Assembly: GCA_943789005.1 (NCBI GenBank)
Contig: CALSSL010000001.1
Location: forward strand, 117,688 to 181,687
DNA length: 64,000 nt
Direction: 5' to 3'
Origin: an uncultured SAR86 cluster bacterium
GTDB lineage: Bacteria; Pseudomonadota; Gammaproteobacteria; Magnimaribacterales; D2472
Shown here: piece by piece, positions 28,659 through 38,374 of the stretch
How the letters are laid out: each line of letters opens with the position of its first letter
Numbering within the stretch: position 1 is the stretch's first letter
Position numbers and translations under genes: made by a program
Notes under the pieces: generated by a model
What the model was told of the DNA's origin: nothing
Databases searched by the model: none
Seen by the model: the letters and a program-made list of their open reading frames with translations, nothing else

Positions 28659-29881
28659 TACTCGCTTTTAACTATCTTAAGGAGTTTGGAAATCCAGCTT
28701 TGGCTCTGTTCTGCTATTAAATCATCATTCATTTGTTTGAATCCATGATCGACCAAGCCGATAGATGTAGCATATATTGGATTTTGAAGAATACTTTCCA
28801 TTCCAGAGAACTTATTTGGTATTCCTAGCCTGACTGATGTTTGAAAAATAGATTCAGCCAATTCTACAACACCTTCCATTTTGGAAGTTCCGCCAGTGAA
28901 TACTATTCCAGCAGAAATTTTTTCTTCAAAACCATTTCTAGTAATCTCAGCTTTTACTAATTCAAATAACTCTGTATATCTTGGTTGAATAATATCAGCT
29001 AAAGAGCTTCTAGATAATTCTCTTGTGGGCCTCCCTCCAACTCCTGGGACTTCGATACTTTCGTCATCTTTTGTAAATTCGGTGACTGAACATCCGTGTT
29101 TTTGTTTAATTTCTTCAGCTTGAGGCGTTGGTGTTCTTAAGGCCTGAGCAATATCACTTGTTACCTGGTCGCCTGCTATTGGTATAACTCCGGTAAACAC
29201 AATTGAGCCTGAATTAAATATTGCAATATCCGTAGTTCCACCTCCAATATCAACCAAACAAACTCCTAACTCTTTCTCATCTTCTGATAATATAGAATGT
29301 GAGCTAGCTAATTGCTCTAAAACAAATCCATCTACAGACAAACCACAATTCTTAATACATTTTTCAATATTTTTTACGGCACTGTTTGCACATGTTACTA
29401 AATGAACTTTAGCTTCGAGTCTAACCCCGGCCATTCCTAGAGGATCAAGGCTTACTTCTTGATTATCAATAACATACTCTTGAGGCAAAACATGCAAGAC
29501 GTTTTGATCTGAAGGAATTGAGACTGCTTGAGCAGAATCAATTACCCTATCAATATCATATGGTGTTACTTCTTTATCTTTTATTCCAACCGCGCCTTGA
29601 GAATTTAAACTTTTGATATGACTTCCAGCTATCCCGACATAAACAGACTTTATTTTTTCTTCTATCATTGACTGAGCCTGTTCTACAGCTTTTTTAATAG
29701 CATCTGTGGTTGCATCTATGTTTACCACAACACCTTTCTTTAGACCGCTTGAAGGATAAGCCCCTAAGGCAATGATTTCTAATTTTTCATGTTCATTGTA
29801 TTTGCCAACAATACAAACTACTTTAGAGGTTCCTATATCTAAGCCAACAACTATATTAGAATTTTTTACATTATTTGCCAT
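28655..29881 (-). CDS. ftsA: Cell-division protein FtsA
   Basis: 408 aa actin-fold protein. [23 protein letters not shown] and GIVFTGGTS. Confidence 0.96.
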   Translation of the reverse strand: MANNVKNSNIVVGLDIGTSKVVCIVGKYNEHEKLEIIALGAYPSSGLKKGVVVNIDATTDAIKKAVEQAQSMIEEKIKSVYVGIAGSHIKSLNSQGAVGIKDKEVTPYDIDRVIDSAQAVSIPSDQNVLHVLPQEYVIDNQEVSLDPLGMAGVRLEAKVHLVTCANSAVKNIEKCIKNCGLSVDGFVLEQLASSHSILSEDEKELGVCLVDIGGGTTDIAIFNSGSIVFTGVIPIAGDQVTSDIAQALRTPTPQAEEIKQKHGCSVTEFTKDDESIEVPGVGGRPTRELSRSSLADIIQPRYTELFELVKAEITRNGFEEKISAGIVFTGGTSKMEGVVELAESIFQTSVRLGIPNKFSGMESILQNPIYATSIGLVDHGFKQMNDDLIAEQSQSWISKLLKIVKSEY

Positions 29882-30500
29882 AACTCAATGCGACTCCGTC
29901 TTTATTTCTTAAATCTATCATACTAGGAATCTTTCTATTTTCGTATAAGTAATTCAATGTATCTTCTAATGATTTTAATTTTTGATCAGTAATATTCTTC
30001 CCAATTTTTATTTTAAAAGAATTCGTATGAACTTCCCATCCAGCAACATAGGTATAAATAATTCTTTTTATAATTAACTGGTTAAATGCCTTAATTTCAA
30101 AAAAATTAATTATGTTCATTGGCAACCTGAGGTCATTAATAGGTCCCTCGACTAGTATTAAATCCAATTGAGTTTCATCAAATCTAAATTTTTTAAGATT
30201 CTGATCAATAAAATAATTATTATTTAAAATAAAATATGGCTTTCTGCTTGAAATAGTTAATTTTGCAGACTTTGTAAAAGGTTTAAAATTTATTTTGTAT
30301 TCATCGATCCAATCTTGAGCTTTAATAAGATTTTCTAAATCATTCCTAGAGCTTATTTGATTTAAATCTTGGACAAATATTTTTTGTGATTCTAAGAAAA
30401 AATTATCAAAAGTTAGTTCAATGCTAAAGTCTTTTGCAAATAATGTAATTGCAAAAAAGGGTGAAAGAAAAATTAATAATATCTTGTTAAAGAGATTCAT
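29871..30500 (-). CDS. ftsQ: Cell-division protein FtsQ (compact)
   Basis: 209 aa with an N-terminal TM segment and POTRA-like region. It sits between ddl and ftsA. Confidence 0.65.
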   Translation of the reverse strand: MNLFNKILLIFLSPFFAITLFAKDFSIELTFDNFFLESQKIFVQDLNQISSRNDLENLIKAQDWIDEYKINFKPFTKSAKLTISSRKPYFILNNNYFIDQNLKKFRFDETQLDLILVEGPINDLRLPMNIINFFEIKAFNQLIIKRIIYTYVAGWEVHTNSFKIKIGKNITDQKLKSLEDTLNYLYENRKIPSMIDLRNKDGVALSYGK

Positions 30501-31392
30501 TAATTATTCTATCAACTACATCATTGTATTGAAGTCCAAGGAATTTTCCTGACTTTGGGACGCAGCTATGCGACGTCATTCCAGGGACAGTATTGATTTC
30601 AAGGACATAAAATACCCCATCCTTGTCCTGAAGAAGATCTACTCTTGCCCACCCAGTGCAGTTAAGAGCTGTGAAAGCGTCTATTGCTATTTGATTAATT
30701 CGTTTTAATTCGTGAGGGGTTAGATTTGCTTCAATCAGGCCAGTATCATCTGAAATATATTTTGCTTCATAGTCATAGAATTCATTACCCGTAATAATTT
30801 CAATTGCAGGGAAACATTCATCTCCAATAATAGTGACAGTAAATTCTTTACCAGTAATACACTCTTCTGTAATGAATGCCCTGTTTGGGTTTAGAGATCT
30901 CTCAATTGCCTCAATAAAGCTTTTTTTATCTTTTATCTTAAAAATATCGACACTTGATCCGTCTTGACAAGGTTTCAAGAATACATTCTTTAAATTTAGA
31001 GATGACGGAAGCATATCAATATACTGGGTAAGGGATTCATGTAACTTCCAAGATGGTGTATTAATATTATTTTGTTGCAGAATTGTCTTACAAATATGTT
31101 TATCCCAAGTATTCTTGCATGCTTGTTGTCCAGAGCCAGTATAACTGATTCCCAAGCTATCTAATTCTGATTGAAACTTACCCCCTTCTCCCTCAAAACC
31201 ATGAAGTGCAATAAATACTAAATCATTTTTTTTTAGTATTTCAAAATTATTAAGATCGTTGTAATCAATTAACTCTGCCTGGTATCCCAGTTGATTAAGG
31301 GCATTAAAGACCCCTTCACCACTTTGCAAAGAAACATCTCTTTCCGAAGAAGATCCTCCATAAATGACAGCAATATTCTTTATTTCTTCCAT
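30487..31392 (-). CDS. ddl: D-alanine--D-alanine ligase
   Basis: 301 aa. IAVIYGGSSSERDVSLQSG, ALHGFEGEGG and EINTVPGMT. Confidence 0.93.
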   Translation of the reverse strand: MEEIKNIAVIYGGSSSERDVSLQSGEGVFNALNQLGYQAELIDYNDLNNFEILKKNDLVFIALHGFEGEGGKFQSELDSLGISYTGSGQQACKNTWDKHICKTILQQNNINTPSWKLHESLTQYIDMLPSSLNLKNVFLKPCQDGSSVDIFKIKDKKSFIEAIERSLNPNRAFITEECITGKEFTVTIIGDECFPAIEIITGNEFYDYEAKYISDDTGLIEANLTPHELKRINQIAIDAFTALNCTGWARVDLLQDKDGVFYVLEINTVPGMTSHSCVPKSGKFLGLQYNDVVDRIINESL

Positions 31393-32774
31393 TTTTCCTT
31401 AATTAATTCACAAACACTAGAAACACTTCCAGCACCCTGTGTTATCAAAATATCAAACTTATCGCTCTTGGAATTAATTATTTCAATAACATCTGAATGA
31501 TTTTTTATATACAAAGCATCTCTGTGGCCCAGTTGTTTAATACTTTCTACAATTGTTCTTGAATCTATTCCTTTAATTGGTTTCTCGCTAGCAGGGTATA
31601 TATCTAAGAGTATTAAGGAGTCTACTTTTTTCAGAATTTTTATGAAATCATCAAAAAGTTGAGCTGTTCTTGAAAATCTATGAGGTTGAAAAATCATGCA
31701 GATCTTTTTCCCGGGAAATTCTTCTCTACAAGCATTTATATTTGAAAGGATTTCTATTGGATGGTGTCCATAGTCATCTATTAAAATTTTTTTATTTAAA
31801 CCAAAATTAATCTCATGTTTTTCATATCTCCTTCCAACACCAGTGAATTCTTTTACACCTTTCTTAATGGCTTTGATGGGTAATCCTTCTTCAATTGCTA
31901 CTGCTATTGATGCTGTTGCATTAAAAATATTATGTATCCCAGGCTGTTGAATTCTGAAAGAATATTTTTTATTTCTTTGATTGTCGTTAATATCAAAATT
32001 CTGGAAGCCATTTTTATAAAATGAATTTAATATTTGGAAATCTGCTTTTTTAGTTTTGCCAAAGGTTATCTGTTTTCTAGAAATTTTCTTTGCAATTTTT
32101 TTTATATTTTTATCATCGACATTGATAATGATATATCCATAAAAAGGAACATTTTCAGAAAATTTAATAAAAGCATCTAATAGATTCTCAAAATTATTAT
32201 CATAATGAACTAAGTGATCATCATCTATATTTGTTAAAACTGCTACATCTGGATTTAAATGCGAGAAAGAGCCATCACTTTCGTCAGCTTCAGCAATCAA
32301 ATAGTTACCTTTTCCAAGGTCCGAATTTTCATCTGTGCTAAGAACCTTGCCTCCAACAACATAAGTAGGACTTAAATCTGCTGAACTGAATATTTTTGCT
32401 ATCATGCTTGTGGTAGTTGTTTTACCATGACTGCCTGCAATTGCTATGCTTTCATAGCCTCTCATAATACTTCCAAGCATTTCTGCTCGTGGAATTATAG
32501 TTATACCATTTTTTATTCCTTCTAGAATTTCAGGATTTTTTTTATCAATAGCACTTGAGACAACTATAAGATTTGAAGATTTAATATTAAATTTACTGTG
32601 CCCTATAAAAACTTTAGCTCCCTCTTTCTTAATCTTTTTTAGTTCATATGATTCATTTATATCAGACCCAGAAACTTTATATCCCTTTTGTAAAAGCAGT
32701 CTTGCAATACCAATCATGCCAGCACCACCAATGCCTACAAAATGTATATGTTTAATTTTTTTAAAGAAATTCAT
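31380..32774 (-). CDS. murC: UDP-N-acetylmuramate--L-alanine ligase
   Basis: 464 aa. HFVGIGGAGM and the P-loop IAGSHGKTTTTSM. Confidence 0.95.
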   Translation of the reverse strand: MNFFKKIKHIHFVGIGGAGMIGIARLLLQKGYKVSGSDINESYELKKIKKEGAKVFIGHSKFNIKSSNLIVVSSAIDKKNPEILEGIKNGITIIPRAEMLGSIMRGYESIAIAGSHGKTTTTSMIAKIFSSADLSPTYVVGGKVLSTDENSDLGKGNYLIAEADESDGSFSHLNPDVAVLTNIDDDHLVHYDNNFENLLDAFIKFSENVPFYGYIIINVDDKNIKKIAKKISRKQITFGKTKKADFQILNSFYKNGFQNFDINDNQRNKKYSFRIQQPGIHNIFNATASIAVAIEEGLPIKAIKKGVKEFTGVGRRYEKHEINFGLNKKILIDDYGHHPIEILSNINACREEFPGKKICMIFQPHRFSRTAQLFDDFIKILKKVDSLILLDIYPASEKPIKGIDSRTIVESIKQLGHRDALYIKNHSDVIEIINSKSDKFDILITQGAGSVSSVCELIKEKWKK

Positions 32775-33817
32775 GTTACTTCAATCTTTTCAATTACTTG
32801 ATTAGCAATATTTGCTGCGGATAAAAGATGATCGGTGTTTTGACTATTTTTCCATTTATTGTATGTTTTTTGATTGAAAATTTCCTCTAATTTAGAGCTT
32901 AAATCTTCAAAACCATCTTTTTGCTCATGAATAAAACCCATATTGATTTTTTCAATATGCTTGGCGTTATAAAATTGATGATTATCTATTGATGACGGCA
33001 GGGGTATCATTAAAAGCCCTCTTGACATCGATGTAACCTCTGAGATAGTTAAAGCTCCTGACCTTGATATAACAAAATCAGACCATTTTATTTGTGATTC
33101 TGGACTGTTGTAGAACTCCATGACCTCTGCATTAATTTTAAATTTTTTATATAAATCATTAACTAAATCTTTTTTATCTTTACCGCATTGATGTTTAATA
33201 AGAACTTGATGTTTGAATTTTTTTAAAGATTTTGGAAGCTCTGTATTTATATACTCTGCCCCCTGACTTCCTCCAGTAATATAGATTTTTATACACCCAT
33301 CATTCTCTATCTCTTCTGAAAAAGACTTAAAACTTTCTCTTATAGGGTTTCCACAAATTATATTATTTTTAATACTTATATTTAGAGGGAATGCCGTAAA
33401 GTTAATCGTTGCTACTTTAGAGAGAAGTTTATTAGCTGATCCTAGAATTGAATTCTGTTCGTGTATGAAAATTGGTTTTCGAAGTAAAAAAAATGCTAAT
33501 CCAATTGGAACTGTTATAAAACCACCAAACCCAACCATAGCGTCTATTCTTTCTTTTCTAACGGTTCTAATTGTAGAAAAAATACTTTTTGGAATTAACA
33601 TTAAAGATTTTATTTTGCTAAAAAAATTTTTTCCTCTGAAGCCCTCCATTACTAATACAAAGTGTTTGAATTTTGATGTCTTTAGAGCATCTACTTCAAT
33701 GGGTTCTCCTGTCCCCATAAAAACAACTTCATGCCCAAGTCTAGTGATTTCATTTCCTACGGCAATAGCTGGAAATATATGCCCGCCAGTTTTTGCTGCT
33801 GAAACTAAAATCTTCAT
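32771..33817 (-). CDS. murG: Undecaprenyl-PP-MurNAc-pentapeptide GlcNAc transferase
   Basis: 348 aa. SAAKTGGHIFPAIAV and the C-terminal SRSGALTISE motif. Confidence 0.92.
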   Translation of the reverse strand: MKILVSAAKTGGHIFPAIAVGNEITRLGHEVVFMGTGEPIEVDALKTSKFKHFVLVMEGFRGKNFFSKIKSLMLIPKSIFSTIRTVRKERIDAMVGFGGFITVPIGLAFFLLRKPIFIHEQNSILGSANKLLSKVATINFTAFPLNISIKNNIICGNPIRESFKSFSEEIENDGCIKIYITGGSQGAEYINTELPKSLKKFKHQVLIKHQCGKDKKDLVNDLYKKFKINAEVMEFYNSPESQIKWSDFVISRSGALTISEVTSMSRGLLMIPLPSSIDNHQFYNAKHIEKINMGFIHEQKDGFEDLSSKLEEIFNQKTYNKWKNSQNTDHLLSAANIANQVIEKIEVT

Positions 33818-33821
33818 ATTG

Positions 33822-34928
33822 TTATATTAATTTGTTTTCTTTATTTATTCTAAGCACTATGGCAACTAAAGACATCATTATGATGATACTGGTGCCTCCA
33901 TAACTTATAAATGGAAGTGTTAATCCCTTTGTTGGTAACAAGCCAATATTAACAGCTATATTAAATAAAGATTGGATAGCTATAAGAATTAATATTCCAA
34001 ATGAAGTATAGCCCTGAAATAATCTTTCTTTGCCAAAAGAATCTAATGCAACCTTTAAAATACCAATAAAAAGTATTACGAATAGCACTATTAAAAATAA
34101 TCCTCCAATAATTCCAATCTCTTCAACAAGAATAGCAAAAATAAAGTCAGTATGAGCTTCTGGAAGAAAGAAATTTTTTTGAAAACTATTACCTATACCC
34201 AGCCCGAACCAGCCTCCTTGTCCAATACTAATTAAAGAGTTGGATAGTTGCCATCCTGCATTTCTTACCACATCTTCTGCAAAAGGATCAGTAAAGGCTA
34301 ATATTCTTGCTAGTCTCATAGGTGAAGTTGATATTGCCATATACCCCAACAAGGCAATTAAAATTGATAACAAACTAAATTGAAAGAAAGATATTCCAGC
34401 ATAAAATAAAATTGAAACAACTAATAAACAAATAATTGCAGTGGATCCCAAATCAGGTTGACTCATTATTAAAACAGAAATTATAAAAAGTAAAAATAGA
34501 GGTTTTAAAAAGCTTCTTAATGAGTCTATTTCAGACATTCTTCTTACTGAATATCCTGAAATATATAGTATCAAACTAAACTTACATATTTCTGAAGGTT
34601 GAATATTAATTGGTCCCGCCTTTATCCACCTAATGCTTCCATTAACACTAGTACCAATGTCGGGAATAAATAATGCGATTAATAAAGCAATACTTACCAA
34701 CATAAAAACCCAGTCTAGTTTGTATAAAATATCTGACGGGATTAGTAAAAATATAGACATTGATATAAGCCCTATAGATATAAATAACATTTGACGAGAA
34801 GCAAAATAAAATGGGTTTCCAGTCAAATCATCAGCTACATATATACTTGATGAGGTTACCATAACTATACCTAGTGAAATTAGACTTATAAAAGGAATAA
34901 GTATCAGGAGACTATTCTTATCAGTCAC
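33822..34928 (-). CDS. ftsW: Peptidoglycan glycosyltransferase FtsW (SEDS family)
   Basis: 368 aa, 10 TM. PSEICKF, LPEAHTDFIFA and GLLPTKGLTLPFISYGG. Confidence 0.92.
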   Translation of the reverse strand: MTDKNSLLILIPFISLISLGIVMVTSSSIYVADDLTGNPFYFASRQMLFISIGLISMSIFLLIPSDILYKLDWVFMLVSIALLIALFIPDIGTSVNGSIRWIKAGPINIQPSEICKFSLILYISGYSVRRMSEIDSLRSFLKPLFLLFIISVLIMSQPDLGSTAIICLLVVSILFYAGISFFQFSLLSILIALLGYMAISTSPMRLARILAFTDPFAEDVVRNAGWQLSNSLISIGQGGWFGLGIGNSFQKNFFLPEAHTDFIFAILVEEIGIIGGLFLIVLFVILFIGILKVALDSFGKERLFQGYTSFGILILIAIQSLFNIAVNIGLLPTKGLTLPFISYGGTSIIIMMSLVAIVLRINKENKLI

Positions 34929-35946
34929 CTAAAACCTCTTTTACTAGAAAGTTAAAGTGAGCGCCTCTCTCTTCAAAGTTAATATAATCTTTGCCACTTG
35001 GGTATCCTGGAGAAAATACTATATTTTGTTTGTCTTTTAAATATATTAAGGATTCTTTTAAATCAACGAACTCTAAAATTTTTTTATGAATCAGGCATTT
35101 TTGAATATCTTCTCGATGATGTCCAAATACTATTATTTCCTGAGGGCCCTTAATGATAATTTTTGAAAATAGTTCTTTTGCGGGATTACCACAAACAATT
35201 AAAGAATAATTATCTTCCTGGAAAAAAGAATTCGCTTCTTTAATTGCATACAACAGAGAGTCAGAGTTTGTTGATTTTGAATCATTCACAATGTTTTCAC
35301 TTATAAATTCAAATCTATAAGGCAAATTCTTGAGTTCTATTTTTTTTGATTTTTTTCCTGTAATCCATTTGAAGAGATTATACGGATCACTCTCAAAAGA
35401 AAATTTTTTTGCATTTAATATTTTTTCTTTAGCGTATTGATACTCTTCAAAGCTTTTATGATAATCAAGATGGTCAGGGGCTATATTTAACAAAACTCCA
35501 TAATCTAAATAATTATTAGACATCTTATCAAGCTGATAGCTTGATAGTTCTATTATTGAATATTTCTTCCCATTATTGATTTCGTCCAACATGGGCTTTC
35601 CAATATTGCCAATAAGATTTACTGATTCGTTCTGAGCAATTAGTTGTGATAAGTGAAAACAAGTAGTACTTTTCCTATTAGTTCCGGTTATTCCTATTTT
35701 TATAGAATTATCCTCATGAAAAAAAATATCTAAGTCTGTTAAAACATCATATGTTTTTTTTAGTAATTTAAATTTATCTCTTGAAATGCCTGGACTGCAA
35801 TATATTTTATTATATTTTGAAAAATCTTTGTATGAAGAATACTTCAAGATATTCTCATCATAAATATCATAATCTATGTTTCTTTTAAGAAGATACCTTT
35901 CAAAAGACTTTCCCGTGATTCCATAACCATAAATTAAGGATTTCAT
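34921..35946 (-). CDS. murD: UDP-N-acetylmuramoylalanine--D-glutamate ligase, unusually compact (341 aa), with P-loop GTNRKST
   Basis: It sits between mraY and ftsW. IGITGTNRKSTT, LNIAPDHLDYH and NDSKSTN match the Mur-ligase/MurD motifs. Confidence 0.75.
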   Translation of the reverse strand: MKSLIYGYGITGKSFERYLLKRNIDYDIYDENILKYSSYKDFSKYNKIYCSPGISRDKFKLLKKTYDVLTDLDIFFHEDNSIKIGITGTNRKSTTCFHLSQLIAQNESVNLIGNIGKPMLDEINNGKKYSIIELSSYQLDKMSNNYLDYGVLLNIAPDHLDYHKSFEEYQYAKEKILNAKKFSFESDPYNLFKWITGKKSKKIELKNLPYRFEFISENIVNDSKSTNSDSLLYAIKEANSFFQEDNYSLIVCGNPAKELFSKIIIKGPQEIIVFGHHREDIQKCLIHKKILEFVDLKESLIYLKDKQNIVFSPGYPSGKDYINFEERGAHFNFLVKEVLGD

Positions 35947-35955
35947 TTTTCAAAC

Positions 35956-37041
35956 TTATCTCAATTTTAAAGTTGCTAAAGCAATAAGAATTAAAACCAA
36001 AGTTACAATCCAAAAACGCACAATAATTTTTGGTTCTGGCCACCCTTTTAATTCATAATGATGATGAATGGGAGCCATTAAAAATACTCTTTTTCCTCGT
36101 GTTTTGTATGAGATAACTTGAATGGCGACACTTAAAGTTTCTATTACAAAAACTCCAGCCATAATTGCAAAAACAAGCTCATGTCGAAGGATTATTGCAA
36201 CAATTCCTAAAATAGCTCCAAGTGTTAATGAGCCAATATCTCCCATAAATATCTGAGCTGGATAAGTGTTGTACCAAAGAAATCCAATTCCTGAGCCAAT
36301 CAAAGCTCCACAAAATACTATTAACTCTCCAGATAACTCAAGATGTGGTAAATAAAGATAATCAGCAATGATCTGATTACCCATACTATATGCAATTAAA
36401 CCTAATGCGCCTGCAATAAGAACTGAGGGAAGAATAGCTAAGCCATCTAAACCATCGGTAAGGTTAACTGCATTTGACGATCCAACAAGAACAAACATTC
36501 CAGAAGAAATAAAGATTAATGCACTCATTGGTATTATTAAATCTTTAAAAAAGGGGACTATAAATGAGGTTTCTGGAGGTGTTTCTGCAGAATGAAATAA
36601 ATAAAACATCGTAAGAAAAGAAAATAAGACTTGGAGAAAAATTTTTTGTTTTGAGCTAAGACCGTCAGAACTTTTTTTTGTAATCTTGATGTAGTCATCA
36701 AGAAAACCAATCAAGGCAAAAGATATTGTGACAAATAAAACAACCCATATATATCTGTTTCCTAAGTCAGCCCACAATAATGTGGAAATTACTAAAGAGG
36801 ATAAAATCAGAAGACCTCCCATCGTTGGTGTTCCTGACTTTTTATAATGAGATTCTGGTCCATCTATACGAACGTGTTGTTCAAACTGCATTGATTTTAG
36901 AAGTTTAATAATTGCAGGCCCTAGCAAAATAGATATTAAAAGAGCTGTAACTGTTCCCCCAAGAGTTCTAACTGTAAGATATCTTAAAACATCAAAGCCC
37001 GGATCGAAGCTAACAAGCACTGTACCTAAATATTCAAACAT
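35956..37041 (-). CDS. mraY: Phospho-N-acetylmuramoyl-pentapeptide transferase
   Basis: 361 aa. GTPTMGG, NAVNLTDGLDGLA and APIHHHYE. Confidence 0.96.
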   Translation of the reverse strand: MFEYLGTVLVSFDPGFDVLRYLTVRTLGGTVTALLISILLGPAIIKLLKSMQFEQHVRIDGPESHYKKSGTPTMGGLLILSSLVISTLLWADLGNRYIWVVLFVTISFALIGFLDDYIKITKKSSDGLSSKQKIFLQVLFSFLTMFYLFHSAETPPETSFIVPFFKDLIIPMSALIFISSGMFVLVGSSNAVNLTDGLDGLAILPSVLIAGALGLIAYSMGNQIIADYLYLPHLELSGELIVFCGALIGSGIGFLWYNTYPAQIFMGDIGSLTLGAILGIVAIILRHELVFAIMAGVFVIETLSVAIQVISYKTRGKRVFLMAPIHHHYELKGWPEPKIIVRFWIVTLVLILIALATLKLR

Positions 37042-38374
37042 CTATATATCTTTCCATTTTCATCCCTCGAGATCCTTTTATTAGCACTACATCTTTTGAT
37101 TGTATATTTTTCTTTAAGAAATCTTTAAGCAATGCCTCATCTTTGAAAAAGATTCCATTTTCACCAAAACTCTCTACAGCATATTTTGTTAAATCTCCAA
37201 ATCCAAGAAAAATATCAATTTTTTTTGAAGCTGCATACACACCAACCTCTTTATGCATCTTATTTCTATGTCTTCCAAGCTCTAACATGTCGCCAAATAC
37301 AAAAATCTTTCTTTTGCGCGAGGTTGCTAACAAATCTAGTGCATTTTTAACAGATTCTGGATTGGCGTTATATGTATCATCAATGACAACTGATCCCTTT
37401 ATCCATTTAGATTGTTTTTGCCTGATTACTGAGTTTGAATTATTTTTAAGCTTAGAAATAAAAATTTTATCGGAATTATTAAGAATACTTGAAACTGCAT
37501 AACTAGCAAGAATATTTTTTACATTATGCTCGCCTGATAGTGGCGTCTCAATTCTCACATCTTTATTATATTTTTTAGACTGAATTCTAAATTTAGTGCC
37601 ATTTAAATTATATTTAATTTCTATAGGATAAAAATCTGCAGATTTATTCATTCCAAAGGTAAATAAATTAATATCACTTCTTAGACTTTTCCAGTAATTT
37701 AAATGTTTTAGATTTTCATTCGGCACAATGAGATCTCCATTTTTTCTTATATTAAATACAAGCTCAGATTTAACATTTAATACTCCATCAATATTTTTTA
37801 ATTTTTCTAAATGTGAGTTTCCTATATTAGTTATAAGGCCAATGTTAGGCTTGAGTAATGAACTTAAATATTGAATATCTTTAGGTTTAGCAGCTCCCAT
37901 CTCAATAACCAAATATTTCGAATTAGCATTAGCATTTATAATGCTTAAAGGCATTCCAATTTCATTATTGTAATTTTTTATTGTTCCTGAACTTTTATTT
38001 AAGACACTTGATATTATTTTGGTTGTTGTTGTCTTTCCATTGCTACCAGTAATACCAATTACATCACCGTTAAACGTCTTAAGAATATTTTTTGCAATTG
38101 TTCTTAAGGCAACAACTGAACTATTGACATAAATTATATTCTTATCATTATTGCCTTTAAATCTTCTGCTATCAGTAACTACGAAAGATGCTCCTTTTTT
38201 CAGTGCGTCTTCTACATAGTCGTTACCATTAAATTGCTCTCCTTTGATTGCAAAAAATAATGACCCTGCTTTTAAATCTCTTGTATCTGTTGATATGCTT
38301 GATATGTTTGATTTTTGAATAATTTTTATATTTAAAAACTTAGCTAAATCAGAAGAGTTATTTATAAATTTCAT
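37034..38374 (-). CDS. murF: UDP-MurNAc-tripeptide--D-alanyl-D-alanine ligase
   Basis: 446 aa. P-loop ITGSNGKTTTTKI and DDTYNANPES. Confidence 0.92.
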   Translation of the reverse strand: MKFINNSSDLAKFLNIKIIQKSNISSISTDTRDLKAGSLFFAIKGEQFNGNDYVEDALKKGASFVVTDSRRFKGNNDKNIIYVNSSVVALRTIAKNILKTFNGDVIGITGSNGKTTTTKIISSVLNKSSGTIKNYNNEIGMPLSIINANANSKYLVIEMGAAKPKDIQYLSSLLKPNIGLITNIGNSHLEKLKNIDGVLNVKSELVFNIRKNGDLIVPNENLKHLNYWKSLRSDINLFTFGMNKSADFYPIEIKYNLNGTKFRIQSKKYNKDVRIETPLSGEHNVKNILASYAVSSILNNSDKIFISKLKNNSNSVIRQKQSKWIKGSVVIDDTYNANPESVKNALDLLATSRKRKIFVFGDMLELGRHRNKMHKEVGVYAASKKIDIFLGFGDLTKYAVESFGENGIFFKDEALLKDFLKKNIQSKDVVLIKGSRGMKMERYIDV

